The position numbers were made by a program, and so were the translations under genes. DNA of 63,716 bases. It comes from Polyangia bacterium (GTDB lineage Bacteria; Myxococcota_A; Polyangia; Fen-1088). Shown here in pieces: positions 10,508 through 19,984 of this stretch. Below the pieces are notes generated by a model, which worked only from the letters and a program-made list of their open reading frames with translations, was not told the DNA's origin and did no database searches. The stretch's first letter is position 1; each line of letters opens with the position of its first letter. The stretch is taken from assembly GCA_045802645.1 (NCBI GenBank), contig JBJMQQ010000033.1, forward strand, positions 1 to 63,716, read 5' to 3'.

Positions 10508-11842
10508 TTACCCGCCGTCGAGCGGCAGCGTCGCGAAGAAGGCGCGGAGCTGGTCCATGATGCGCGCTGAATCGAAGCCCCACAGCCGCCCCATCTCGGC
10601 GGCCACGTCGGACAGGGATCGCGCGCCGTCAATCAGCGACAGGACGCTGCCGGCAAACACCGATTTTTGGCCGAAGGCGACCAGCTGCGGCGTCACCGGA
10701 ATCGGCAAGCTGGCGTCGGCGATCCAGGCCGGCGTATCATCCATCGAGACGAACGGCTGCGCCTCCCCCGTCTTGCGCGCTGCGAACCAGAACACGGTCT
10801 CGGTGCGCCGCGAGCCGCTCACGGGCGAATCGAAGTAGGGGAGGTCGTCGCGCCCGCGCTTGCCCAGGTCGAAGGCGCTGGACGCCACCAGGTCCCAGAT
10901 CTCTTCGATGGTGTAGTTCTGGGCCAGGCTCTCCTTGAACCGGAGGGGTCCCAGGTTCACCCACAGGCCCCCCGGCCGCAGGACGCGGTTCACGGCGGCG
11001 GCGGTCTCCCGAAAGTCGCGCCCGGTGGCGTCGATGAACCAGGCGGTCAGCACGCTGTCCAGTGACCCGGCCGCGAACGGGGGGCGCAGCGCGTCGGCGA
11101 ACGCGAACGTGAAGCCCTCACGCACGGCAACGGGGCAGCGGAGCTCGCGCTGGATGACGACGTCGGCTTCGCTGTGCGGCGCGACCGGAAACTCGGGCAG
11201 CGTCACGGTCTCGCCGCGGAGCAGCCGCTCGCCGACCAGCATCGGCAGCGGGTTCAAATCCAGCGCCCACGTTTCGGACGGCGCGAGCGACTGATGCACG
11301 TCGACCGCCAGCCGGCCGGTGCCGGCGCCGAAGACGGCCAGGCGGCCGAGCGGTTGGTCGACGGCCTTCGCGACCAGCGCGCGCGTCAGGTCGCCCTCCC
11401 TGTCGCCCCACACCCAGTCCCGGAACAGGTTCTCCGAAAACTCGAGCAGCGGATTCGCGCCCGGCTCGGGACGCGTCGGCAGCAGCTGGGGTTGGCCCTG
11501 TCGCAACTCTTCGAACAGCGCCTCCACCCGCGCGCGCTGGTCTTCGCAGGCGGCGATGACGCGGTCGATGCGGGCGCGCGTGCGCGGTGGCGGCTGAGCG
11601 GCATCGGCGTCGGCCCGCCAGTTCGCCAGGGTGGCCCGCGTGTCAGCCGAGAACTCCGCCAGCCGGTTCAACCACTGCGCGTGCCACAGAGGCGGGTCCG
11701 GCACCAGGCAAGGGATCGTTCCCACGAACGGATAACGGATCTCGCAGGCCGAGCAGCGCAGCGAATTGGCCACCAGGTCCAGCGTCCCCGCCGCGCAGCG
11801 CGCGCAGCCGAGTCCGGCGGCCATTGCGGGCGTGAAAGGCAT
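10508..11842 (-). CDS. N2227-like (carnosine N-methyltransferase-type) SAM-dependent methyltransferase with an N-terminal Zn-ribbon and a C-terminal PqqD-like domain
   Basis: CARCAAG...CSACEIRYPFVGTIPCLV (Trm112-like Cys4 ribbon). SAM motif LAVFGAGTGRLAVD. N2227 signature TAWFIDATGRDFRETAAAVNRVLRPGGLWVNLGPLRF. C-terminal SLIDGARSLSDVAAEMGRLWGFDSARIMDQLRAFFATL resembles PqqD/RRE. Confidence 0.65.
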   Translation of the reverse strand: MPFTPAMAAGLGCARCAAGTLDLVANSLRCSACEIRYPFVGTIPCLVPDPPLWHAQWLNRLAEFSADTRATLANWRADADAAQPPPRTRARIDRVIAACEDQRARVEALFEELRQGQPQLLPTRPEPGANPLLEFSENLFRDWVWGDREGDLTRALVAKAVDQPLGRLAVFGAGTGRLAVDVHQSLAPSETWALDLNPLPMLVGERLLRGETVTLPEFPVAPHSEADVVIQRELRCPVAVREGFTFAFADALRPPFAAGSLDSVLTAWFIDATGRDFRETAAAVNRVLRPGGLWVNLGPLRFKESLAQNYTIEEIWDLVASSAFDLGKRGRDDLPYFDSPVSGSRRTETVFWFAARKTGEAQPFVSMDDTPAWIADASLPIPVTPQLVAFGQKSVFAGSVLSLIDGARSLSDVAAEMGRLWGFDSARIMDQLRAFFATLPLDGG

Positions 11843-11873
11843 CTGGCCCGTTCAGCCTACACGCGGCCCTGGG

Positions 11874-12455
11874 CTATCGAAAGTTGAACGTGACCACGAT
11901 CCGCTGCGGGTGCGCGACCGGGTGCATGCTGGCGTGATAGTGCCGCCCGTCGAAGAACGCCATCCGGCCCTTCTTGGGCGCGATCCTCGCCAGCTCGGTG
12001 AACTTGCCCTGATTCGCGTAGGTCACGGACTGCTCGAGCCCGACCTTGTCGCAGGTCTCGTTGAAGACGACGGTGTCGCCGTCCGAATCGTTCACGTAGT
12101 AGAGCCCGACCAGGTGAGGCTCGTAAAAGTCGACGTGCGGGTTGTGATACGGGACGTCCAGCGGGTTTTCCGGGAACATCCCCAGTCGGACCCGAATGAG
12201 GTCGTTCAACTTCAGCTTGGCCTTGTCCATCGACACGAACAGCAACGGCACCAGCAGCGCGTTGATGGCCGATTGAACCGGCGCCGGTGACGCGGCGTCG
12301 AACGCCATGTGAAAGAATCCCGAGTAGTTGCGGGCGAAGCTCAGTCCCGGCCGGGCGGTCTCTTTATGGAAGTACCAACCCAGCGCGGACGTCTCCGCTT
12401 CCAGCTGGTCCTGATAGGGCCGGGGGATGACGTCTTCGAGCTGGATCAGCTGCAT
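11874..12455 (-). CDS. 2OG-Fe(II) oxygenase superfamily protein (prolyl-4-hydroxylase-like)
   Basis: Putative facial triad H-x-D...H (NPHVDF ... GRHYHAS). Double-stranded beta-helix-like pattern LYYVNDSDGDTVVF ... KKGRMAFFDG ... RIVVTFNF. Confidence 0.5.
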   Translation of the reverse strand: MQLIQLEDVIPRPYQDQLEAETSALGWYFHKETARPGLSFARNYSGFFHMAFDAASPAPVQSAINALLVPLLFVSMDKAKLKLNDLIRVRLGMFPENPLDVPYHNPHVDFYEPHLVGLYYVNDSDGDTVVFNETCDKVGLEQSVTYANQGKFTELARIAPKKGRMAFFDGRHYHASMHPVAHPQRIVVTFNFR

Positions 12456-12458
12456 CGC

Positions 12459-13103
12459 TCAATCGTGAGCGCCCAGCGCAATCCAGTCGAGAATCTTCGA
12501 GCGTTCCGCATCGGTGAGCACCGCTGCCGTCCCGCCCTGGCCGTTGGCGTTGGGCATCGGGTCGCCGCACGGCTTGGTGTTGCCGACCGTCACGCCCGCG
12601 GGGCACGACGACGACACGCAGGCGACGCCAGCCGCCCCCGAGATCTTGTACGCCAGGAAGCTGCTGCCGACGTGCCCGGGGTCGACGCGCTTCATCGTGG
12701 GCGCGTTGACGGCGTTCGCGAGCAGCGCCGCCTTCACCGTGGCCGGCGAGTCGACGAACGACAGCGACGCGGTGGAGGCCATGTTGATGCTGACGGCCGG
12801 GCTGCCGTGGCAGAGGATCGTCTGTCCACATCCGGGTGCCGGTTTCGAGGACGACCCCGGATCCGTCTTGCTGAAGATCGGATAAATGTCGGCCGCGAAC
12901 GAGGGCGCGGTGCTGGTCGTCGGCGTGTAGTTCATGAGCGTCCCGCAGATGCCCGTCGCGCCTCCGCCACTGCCGCCCGTTGCGCCGCCCGGGCTTCCAC
13001 CCGTGCCGCTCGTGGTCGTCATCATGTCACTGCTGGAACAAGAGATCGCAACCGTGGATAGCAGCGCCAGGCAGACGCCTGCGCACAGGGAACCGGTCCT
13101 CAT
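12459..13103 (-). CDS. Lipoprotein with a planctomycete-cytochrome-c (PSCyt1)-like domain lacking CxxCH
   Basis: Signal peptide plus lipobox (LLSTVAISC) and a Gly/Ser/Thr linker. IYPIF...GCGQTILCHG...VDPGHVGSSFLAYKI...MP...LTDAERSKILDWIALGA follows the PSCyt1 pattern, but the heme motif is C-x5-CH. Confidence 0.5.
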   Translation of the reverse strand: MRTGSLCAGVCLALLSTVAISCSSSDMMTTTSGTGGSPGGATGGSGGGATGICGTLMNYTPTTSTAPSFAADIYPIFSKTDPGSSSKPAPGCGQTILCHGSPAVSINMASTASLSFVDSPATVKAALLANAVNAPTMKRVDPGHVGSSFLAYKISGAAGVACVSSSCPAGVTVGNTKPCGDPMPNANGQGGTAAVLTDAERSKILDWIALGAHD

Positions 13104-13134
13104 CGAAGCTCCTTGATGATCTGATCAGCCGCGG

Positions 13135-14706
13135 CTACGTCGAAACGATGCCGGGAAGCGGGCCGGTGTACTGGGTCTTGTCACCGAGGCTGCTCATCGT
13201 GACGCCGAAAACGGGCGCCAGCGCCAACCAGACGTCGTTGAAAGGCCGGTTACCGGTGCCGCCCGTCTGCGTTCCCAGCGACCCGTCGGTGACCTTCAGG
13301 TACGTGCCGCCCTTCACCTTGGTGTTCTTGCCCCCGAAGATCAGCAGCGGAATGTTCTGCTGGTTGTGATCGTAGGCGCGCGCGACCTCGGTGAAGTACA
13401 CGATGACGGTGTTGTCGATCAGCATGTTGCCGTCGATGTCCGGCGTCGTGGCGTACTCCTGCAGCACCGTCGACGTCGCCTGCGAGTAGAACTGGTCGAC
13501 CTGGTTCAACCAGGCATTGGTCGCCGAGTCGCCCGCGTGGCTGGGCGGATGGTGCGGGCTGGACTGCGGATTGCCGGCGATCGTGGCCCCCTGGAACGTC
13601 CCGGGGAAAACGACCCAGTTGGTCCCCGCCGACCACATGAAGGTAGAAACCCGGCAGAGGTCGCAGAGAAATGCCGCTTTGATGAGCCTCAGCTGGGCCT
13701 GTCCGAGATCCACGTGCGGGTGGCTGGTGGATGAATTCGGAACGTAATAGTCCACGCCGCCGAGGTCGCTGTAGACGGTGCCCGAGCCCTGTTTGCCGCT
13801 GCTGGTATTCGAAAAGTTCATCGGGGCCGTCGGCTTCGCGCAGACCCCGTTCTGGGTGCTGGTCATGCCGTACATCGCCTGAAGGCTCTTTTCGAGCTCG
13901 TTGATGGCCTCGGCGTGGGCAGTCAGCCGATCCTTTTCGCTGGCGGGCACGAGGGTCTGCATCCGCGCGAGATCGCCCTTGAGATAGGTGATGACGCTCT
14001 CTTTTTGAGCCAGGACCTGCGCGCCGTTCATGCCGGACGGCAACGCGCCGCCGAAGATCCGGTTGAAGACGTTCAGCGGCGACGTGTCCGGGAACAGCGG
14101 CTGTCGGGCCTGATCCGGATCGCTGACCCCGCTCTTCGGAGCCAGATACGACAGCACGCGCGGCGCCTTCTCGTCTCGGTCAGACCGAACGTCGGCGGCC
14201 AGCTGCAACGACTGAAAGGGCGTCGGACTGCCGAAGTTCGACCCGCCGAGGACCGGCGACTTCTGGAGGAAGATCTGATCGATGGAAGGTCCGCCGGCGC
14301 AGTGGTCCTGCTGGCCGACGCTGCCCAGGGTCGGCACGCCCGTCATGAGCGCGACCATGCCGCCCTCGTGCGTGTTCTGCCCGCCGTGGTTGCCGGTGGA
14401 ATCCTTGCCGGACGTGGCGGAGACGGAGTTCACGCCGTCGACCATCACCATGTACTTCTGAAGCGGCGTGAACGGCGCGCTCTCGATGGGGAGCGTGAAG
14501 TTGGTCGTCGTCGCGCTGGCGTTCGGCCGCCAGTTGGCGAGACCGGGCGCCGTGCCCAGCGGGTGGTGGATGATCAAGAACCGCAACGGAGCGGCGGCAC
14601 CGGCGGCCCGCGCCTCGATGGACCGAAGCAGCGGCAGCATCAGGGCCGCCGACCCGGCTCCCATACCGCGAAGGAATGACCGACGAGCGAACTTGTAGGA
14701 AATCAC
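13135..14706 (-). CDS. DUF1552 (HXXSHH family) protein with a Tat-type signal
   Basis: VISYKFARRSFLRGMGAGSAALMLPLL (twin-Arg). HPPSHA is close to the family HXXSHH signature. GTG at 14704-14706 overlaps the upstream stop (GTGA). The rest of the 1064-aa track ORF is shadow frame. Confidence 0.8.
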   Translation of the reverse strand: MISYKFARRSFLRGMGAGSAALMLPLLRSIEARAAGAAAPLRFLIIHHPLGTAPGLANWRPNASATTTNFTLPIESAPFTPLQKYMVMVDGVNSVSATSGKDSTGNHGGQNTHEGGMVALMTGVPTLGSVGQQDHCAGGPSIDQIFLQKSPVLGGSNFGSPTPFQSLQLAADVRSDRDEKAPRVLSYLAPKSGVSDPDQARQPLFPDTSPLNVFNRIFGGALPSGMNGAQVLAQKESVITYLKGDLARMQTLVPASEKDRLTAHAEAINELEKSLQAMYGMTSTQNGVCAKPTAPMNFSNTSSGKQGSGTVYSDLGGVDYYVPNSSTSHPHVDLGQAQLRLIKAAFLCDLCRVSTFMWSAGTNWVVFPGTFQGATIAGNPQSSPHHPPSHAGDSATNAWLNQVDQFYSQATSTVLQEYATTPDIDGNMLIDNTVIVYFTEVARAYDHNQQNIPLLIFGGKNTKVKGGTYLKVTDGSLGTQTGGTGNRPFNDVWLALAPVFGVTMSSLGDKTQYTGPLPGIVST

Positions 14707-16565
14707 TTCGTACCTCCCGTGCGTGCGCGCATGAAGCTGGCCAGGAGCACATTCTTGAACAAGGACTTCACGGTGCCGTCCGTCTGCGAGCGGATCGCGT
14801 TGATCTCGCAGGTGTTGTACTTCTGAACTTCCGCGCCCATGGCGTAGTTGCTCATCTGCTGGACCGAGCAGCCGTCGATGACGTTGCTGGACACCAGCGC
14901 CTTCGTGAACGCCTGGACTCCCGTGAGGCTGGTCCCCGCCAGCGGCGAGCTCGGCACGAACGTCACACTCGGGTCGATCGAGCGGCCCGCCTCGTCGACC
15001 GTGCGGTAGTTGCCGATCGGGCCGAAGTTCTGCAGCACGCGCGAGTAGGGGTCCATCTGCGAGTGGCAGGTCTTGCAGGGCTGGTACGTCATGCGCGCGT
15101 TGGACTTGAGGATCTCGCTGTCGCAAGTCGAGTCCGGCGCTGTCCCGGAGGGCGAGCTGGGATTCGTGCAGTTGATGACCGCCACCGCCATCGGCGTCGA
15201 CAGGTCCACCGGCGAGCCCAGGGAGTCCTGGCACAAGACGTTGTCGTGGATCCCCTTGCCACGCTTCACGATCGACGTCGCGGCGGGATCGGACGCCGAC
15301 CACAGATAGCCCGGCTGCGTGAGGATGCCGCTGCGGCCTTCGGAGGCGGCCCAGGTCCCCGCAACGAAGGTCGAATCGCTGGTCGGCGTCTTGCCGTTCG
15401 CAAACGAAATGTTCGGGTACAGCGTGGCGAGCCGCTGGTTGGCGTAGACCGTCTGCGACGTCATGAGGTCGTCGATCTTCCCGGAGCCGTTCCAGAGCAC
15501 GCTGTTGACGAACATCTGGGTCGCCGTGAAGAGGTCGTTCTCGATCCCCGTCAGATCTTGCTCCGCCGCCGGCAGCTTGGAGATGAGCGCCGTGTCCTTG
15601 GTCTTCGAGAAGAGCTGGCTGATGTTGAACCAGCCGAGCACGATGTTCGTCAGGTTCGCCTGAACCGCGGGCAGTGCCATCAGCCGATCGATCTGCGTCG
15701 AGATGCCCGCTGTCGTCGACAGGCTGCCACTGGAAGCCGCGGAGAGCAGCTCCGCATCCGGCAGCGTGCCGAGCAGCGTGAACCCCAGCTGGCTCGCAAC
15801 CTCGTACGGCGTCATCGTCGTATCGGGGTACTTGCCGCTCGAGTCGGCCGCCGCGGTCGGCCCGAGCTCCGTCCGGTAGGTGAACGACGGCGAAATGATG
15901 ATCGCCTCGATCATCAACTTGATGCCGGTCTTGTAGTCCTGCATCGCGCCCTGCGCGTAGACCTTCATGAGGTTCGTGACCTCGGCGGCGTCGAGCGGGC
16001 GGCGGTAGGCCTTCTGCGCGAAGCTGGAGACGAAGGTGTTCGCGCAGGTGGTCTGGGCGGTCGCCGTCGTTCCGGTACAGGGCGCGATCGTCGTCGTCAC
16101 GCTGGAGTCGATCGTGGTGAGGACCGCCTCCGCCTGGTTGTACATGTCGAACTGCATCGCGTTGTCGACGCCGAGCGTGGAGTCGCTGAAGAACGCGAAC
16201 GCCTGTTCGCCGCCGCGGCTCGACAACACCGGCGCGGTCTTGAGGCCCAGCAGGGTCTGCACAGCGGCGCCCCATTGCTCGACCGAGAGCCGCCACAGCC
16301 GCCGCGGAAGGGCCGGAAGCGGAGCACACGAGGTGCCGTTTCCACCCGTGCCCGTCGAGCCACCGTTGCCGGTACTCTGCGAGCCGCCGTTCCCGCTGTT
16401 CTGAGAACCGCCGTTCCCGCTGTTCTGCGAGCCACCGTTGCCGGTGTTCGACGAACCGCCGTTACCGGTTGCCGAGCCGGTTTGGCCGTTGATGCTGCCT
16501 TGACAACCGGCGGCGCCGATCGCCACCGCTGCTGTGAGAACACCAAAGCGGAACGTGGCCGTCAT
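14703..16565 (-). CDS. DUF1587/DUF1592/DUF1595/DUF1588/DUF1585-type lipoprotein (partner of DUF1552)
   Basis: Lipobox AIGAAGC and a GNGGSQNS repeat linker. RRLWRLSVEQWGAAVQTLLG (DUF1587-like), FAQKAYRRPLDAAEV and IISPSFTYRTE (DUF1592-like), GILTQPGYL...IVKRGKGIHDNVLC (DUF1588-like), CKTCHSQMDPYSRVLQNFGPIGNYR (DUF1585-like). Confidence 0.8.
   Translation of the reverse strand: MTATFRFGVLTAAVAIGAAGCQGSINGQTGSATGNGGSSNTGNGGSQNSGNGGSQNSGNGGSQSTGNGGSTGTGGNGTSCAPLPALPRRLWRLSVEQWGAAVQTLLGLKTAPVLSSRGGEQAFAFFSDSTLGVDNAMQFDMYNQAEAVLTTIDSSVTTTIAPCTGTTATAQTTCANTFVSSFAQKAYRRPLDAAEVTNLMKVYAQGAMQDYKTGIKLMIEAIIISPSFTYRTELGPTAAADSSGKYPDTTMTPYEVASQLGFTLLGTLPDAELLSAASSGSLSTTAGISTQIDRLMALPAVQANLTNIVLGWFNISQLFSKTKDTALISKLPAAEQDLTGIENDLFTATQMFVNSVLWNGSGKIDDLMTSQTVYANQRLATLYPNISFANGKTPTSDSTFVAGTWAASEGRSGILTQPGYLWSASDPAATSIVKRGKGIHDNVLCQDSLGSPVDLSTPMAVAVINCTNPSSPSGTAPDSTCDSEILKSNARMTYQPCKTCHSQMDPYSRVLQNFGPIGNYRTVDEAGRSIDPSVTFVPSSPLAGTSLTGVQAFTKALVSSNVIDGCSVQQMSNYAMGAEVQKYNTCEINAIRSQTDGTVKSLFKNVLLASFMRARTGGTK
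16353..16472. repeat. About five tandem copies of a 24-nt unit encoding the (G-N-G-G-S-Q-N/S-S/T) linker inside the DUF1592 gene
   Basis: Units such as ctgcgagccgccgttcccgctgtt / ctgagaaccgccgttcccgctgtt read directly on the plus strand. Boundaries are approximate (+/- a few nt). Confidence 0.8.
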
Positions 16566-16708
16566 AACTGCCCTCCGATTCCAGAACGTCAGTATCTCAT
16601 TTCGAGATGTGGCGGCGAGATGATTTTTAAACAAAGTTACCTTTTACGCGTCCCGCACAAGAACTGCTTCGGGGATGGGGTTTTTACTCAGATTTTCGCG
16701 TTTGACGC

Positions 16709-17740
16709 TTACGGCGGCCGCGTCAATTCCCGCAACCTGGCCGCGGCCTGCTCCGGGGTCAGGTCGCGCTGCGGCTCGGCCAGCATCTCGTAGCCGACCA
16801 TGAATTTCTTCACCGTCGCCGAGCGCAGCAGGGGTGGGTATATGTGTGCGTGCAACTGCCAATGATCGTGAGAGTCGTCGTCGAAGGGGGCGCCGTGCCA
16901 ACCCATTGAGTAGGGGAATGACACGCCGAACAGATGATCATAAGACGCGAGAGCTCGGGAAAAGAGGTCAGCCAATCCACGTCGCTCCGCCGGGGATAGA
17001 TCGGGGAGCCGCGGGACGTGGCGGCGCGGCGTGATCAGCGTCTCGAAGGGCCAGGTCGCCCAGTAGGGCACCACGGCCTGGAAGAACTCGTTCTCGTAAA
17101 CGACCCGCTGGCCAAGCGCCCGCTCCCGCGCCGCGTAATCGATCAAAAGAGGCGACCCGTGCGCGTCAAAATAGGCGCGCTGCTGGCGGTCCTCGGCGGC
17201 CGGTTCCGTCGGCAGCGCGTCCAACGCCCAGATCTGGCCGTGTGGGTGGGGATTCGAGCACCCCATCACCGCGCCCTTGTTCTCGAACACCTGCACCCAG
17301 CGGTAGCGCTGGCCCAGCTCGGCCGTTTGCACGGCCCAGGTGTCCACGACGTCGACCAGCGCCGGAATTGGCATCTCGGCGAGCGTCAGATCGTGGCGCG
17401 GGCTGAAACAGATCACGCGGCAGGTTCCCGCCGCGGATTCCGCGCGCAACAACGGATCGGGCGCACCGGTAGGGGCCGGGGCCGCGACGTCGGGTAAAAG
17501 CGCCGAAAAATCATTGTCGAAGACAAAGGTGCCTCCGTAAGGAGGGTTGACCGCGCCGCCCGCCCGCTGATTGCCGGGGCAAAGATAGCAGGTGGGATCG
17601 TGAGCCGCCCGTCGTGGCCCGTCGGTGGCCTCCGTTTGTCCCTGCCAGGGGCGCTTGGTCCGGTGCGGGGACACCAGCACCCACTGCCCGTTCAGAGGGT
17701 TGTAACGGCGATGCGTCTGCGATTCGGGATCGAACGCCAT
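16709..17740 (-). CDS. galT: Galactose-1-phosphate uridylyltransferase
   Basis: [23 protein letters not shown], Zn motif CYLCPGN, active site [11 protein letters not shown]. Confidence 0.9.
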   Translation of the reverse strand: MAFDPESQTHRRYNPLNGQWVLVSPHRTKRPWQGQTEATDGPRRAAHDPTCYLCPGNQRAGGAVNPPYGGTFVFDNDFSALLPDVAAPAPTGAPDPLLRAESAAGTCRVICFSPRHDLTLAEMPIPALVDVVDTWAVQTAELGQRYRWVQVFENKGAVMGCSNPHPHGQIWALDALPTEPAAEDRQQRAYFDAHGSPLLIDYAARERALGQRVVYENEFFQAVVPYWATWPFETLITPRRHVPRLPDLSPAERRGLADLFSRALASYDHLFGVSFPYSMGWHGAPFDDDSHDHWQLHAHIYPPLLRSATVKKFMVGYEMLAEPQRDLTPEQAAARLRELTRPP

Positions 17741-17751
17741 GTGATCGAGGC

Positions 17752-18990
17752 CTACACGACGGTCAAAGGATCGACCACGTGCGCGCCCTGCGCGGGGCGC
17801 GAGACGAACGTGCTGGCCGTGCGACCAGTCCGCTTGCGGTACTCGGTCGCGAGCGTGTTGGCGACCGACGCCACGAAGTCGGTACGTACCAGCGACACCG
17901 TGCAGCCGCCGAAGCCGCCGCCGGTCATGCGGGAACCGAGCACACCGCCCGCCGGACCGATCTCGCGCGCGATGTCCACCATCGTGTCGAGCTCAGCCGA
18001 GCTCACCTCGAAGTCATCGCGCAGCGATCGGTGGCTGGCGTACATGAGGTGCCCCACCTCCGCGAATTCCCCCGCCTCCAGGTGAGCCGCCGCGGCGACA
18101 GTCCGCAGATTCTCGGTGGTGACGTGGCGGGCCCGGCGTGCGACGACCGGGTCCAGCGTGCCGTTCGCCGCCTCGACCATGGCGGGCGTCGCGTCGCGCA
18201 GAGTGGCGACGCCCAGCTGGCGCGACGCCTCGGCGCATTCGGTGCGGCGGCGCGCATAGGCGCCGTCGGCCAGCGCGTGCTTCATGTTGGTATTGCAGAT
18301 GAGCACGCTGATCTTCGGGTCGGCGAAGGGAATCACCCGCACCGCTTCCGAGCGGCAATCGATGAGCAGCGCCCCCGCCGCGTCGCCGATGACCGAGGCC
18401 AGCTGGTCCATGACGCCGCACGGGACGCCGGCGAAGTCGTGCTCGGCCTGCCGGCAAAGGCGGGCCTTCTCCTGCGGCTCCAGCGTCGCGCCCGACGCCT
18501 TCTCGAGCAGCGTCGCCGTCGCGACCTCCAGGGCCGCGCTGCTGGACAAGCCGCCGCCCAACGGAAGATCGGAGACGATCGCCGCGTCCAGCGACCCGAC
18601 GACCAGGCCGCGATCGGCGAACCCGCGCACGACGCCACGCAGGTAGTTGGCCCAGGCTGGCTCGCCTGGCGGCTCCGACCCGTCGAGGCGAATGTCGACC
18701 GACGTGTCCAGCGCCGCGCTGTAGACCCGCAGGCGGCGGCCGTCGCCCGCCGCCGGACCCGCGGCGATGACGACGTGCCGATCGATCGCGAGCGGCAGCA
18801 CGTAGCCGCCGTTGTAGTCGGTGTGCTCGCCAATCAGATTGACCCGGCCTGGCGCCACGGCCAGCCAGCGGGGTGCGGTGCCGAACCGCTCGAGAAAAAC
18901 GCGGCCGGCTTCCCGGACGGCGACGCCGTGCGGGGCTTCAGCAGGCGCCGGGGCCCAAGACGACGTGATGTTATTCGGAAGCGAGCTCAC
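17752..18990 (-). CDS. galK: Galactokinase
   Basis: GHMP/galactokinase signature [21 protein letters not shown] and GHMP motif [12 protein letters not shown]. The GTG start at 18990 (GTGA overlap) is my choice. The true start could be a few tens of codons downstream. Confidence 0.85.
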   Translation of the reverse strand: MSSLPNNITSSWAPAPAEAPHGVAVREAGRVFLERFGTAPRWLAVAPGRVNLIGEHTDYNGGYVLPLAIDRHVVIAAGPAAGDGRRLRVYSAALDTSVDIRLDGSEPPGEPAWANYLRGVVRGFADRGLVVGSLDAAIVSDLPLGGGLSSSAALEVATATLLEKASGATLEPQEKARLCRQAEHDFAGVPCGVMDQLASVIGDAAGALLIDCRSEAVRVIPFADPKISVLICNTNMKHALADGAYARRRTECAEASRQLGVATLRDATPAMVEAANGTLDPVVARRARHVTTENLRTVAAAAHLEAGEFAEVGHLMYASHRSLRDDFEVSSAELDTMVDIAREIGPAGGVLGSRMTGGGFGGCTVSLVRTDFVASVANTLATEYRKRTGRTASTFVSRPAQGAHVVDPLTVV

Positions 18991-19982
18991 CCCGGGTACC
19001 ACACCTTTCGCGGATCGTTGACTGCACGCTGATACCCCCACGCCGCTTCGACCATCTGCTTGAGGTCGTAGCGCGGCCGCCAGCCCAGCAGGAACTTGGC
19101 CTTCGCGTTGTCGAGCCAGGTCGACCGGTAGGGGGTTGGGATCGGAATGCCCTGGACGCCGCGGGTCTCGCGCAGGTACCCGGCCAGCTCGCCGTAGTCG
19201 ACGGGTTCGTCCATGCAGATGTTGAAGGTCTGGCGGCGCGCCGCCGGATGATCGATCGCGCAGAAGATCGCCGAGATCAGGTCGTCGACGTGCACGAAGT
19301 TGCGCTTCACCGGACGCCCGTCGGGATCCAGCATCACGGGGACCGCGCCGCTCTTCACGTAATCGTCGGCGGCCTGCGCGCCCACCAGATCGCGCCAGCG
19401 CGGGCCGCCGAACACATCGTCGCCGAACGAGAGCTGAGCCTTGAAGTCGTCCTTCTCCATGATCCACGGCGCGCGCAGGCAGCAGCCGTTGAGGTCGTAC
19501 TGGATCATCACCTGCTCCAGCATCACCTCCTCGAGGACCTTGGACAGCGCGTAGCAGCCTTGGTAGGCGCTGTGCTTCTGGGTCTCGGTGACGGGGATCG
19601 GGTGCGGGTAAAAGAAGTGGCCCATCCCGGCGTCACCGCCGATGAGGATGAACTGCTGGAACGTCTTGCTGGTGCGGCTGGCCTCGAGCAACCAGAAGAG
19701 CCCCTTGACCGCCACGTCCATGATGGACTCCGGCGTCTCCTTGCTGGTCGCGAGGTGTAGCAGATGGGTGACCCCGTCCAGGGCCCGCTCGGCGACGGCG
19801 CGATCTTCCGTCGAGCCGCTGACCACTTCCAGCCGCGGCCCGGGCGTCAGCTTCCGGTTGTGGCACAGCGCGCGCACCGTGAAGCGCGAGAACTGCGGGT
19901 CCGCCAGGAAGCGCGCGATGAAAGCCTGCCCGACCTTGCCGGTCGCGCCGGTGACGAGGATGCGGGGTGTGGTCGCCGACAT
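18987..19982 (-). CDS. NAD-dependent epimerase/dehydratase family (extended SDR) protein
   Basis: ILVTGATGKVGQAF Rossmann motif and catalytic Y-x3-K in CYALSKVLEE. Confidence 0.75.
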   Translation of the reverse strand: MSATTPRILVTGATGKVGQAFIARFLADPQFSRFTVRALCHNRKLTPGPRLEVVSGSTEDRAVAERALDGVTHLLHLATSKETPESIMDVAVKGLFWLLEASRTSKTFQQFILIGGDAGMGHFFYPHPIPVTETQKHSAYQGCYALSKVLEEVMLEQVMIQYDLNGCCLRAPWIMEKDDFKAQLSFGDDVFGGPRWRDLVGAQAADDYVKSGAVPVMLDPDGRPVKRNFVHVDDLISAIFCAIDHPAARRQTFNICMDEPVDYGELAGYLRETRGVQGIPIPTPYRSTWLDNAKAKFLLGWRPRYDLKQMVEAAWGYQRAVNDPRKVWYPG

Positions 19983-19984
19983 GG

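Noticed and set aside
16353-16472. Short direct repeats (also near 26610-26680 and 28160-28240) as a possible CRISPR array
   Set aside because: The units are 18-30 nt, contiguous without spacers, in frame inside coding regions, and encode Gly/Ser/Thr linkers.
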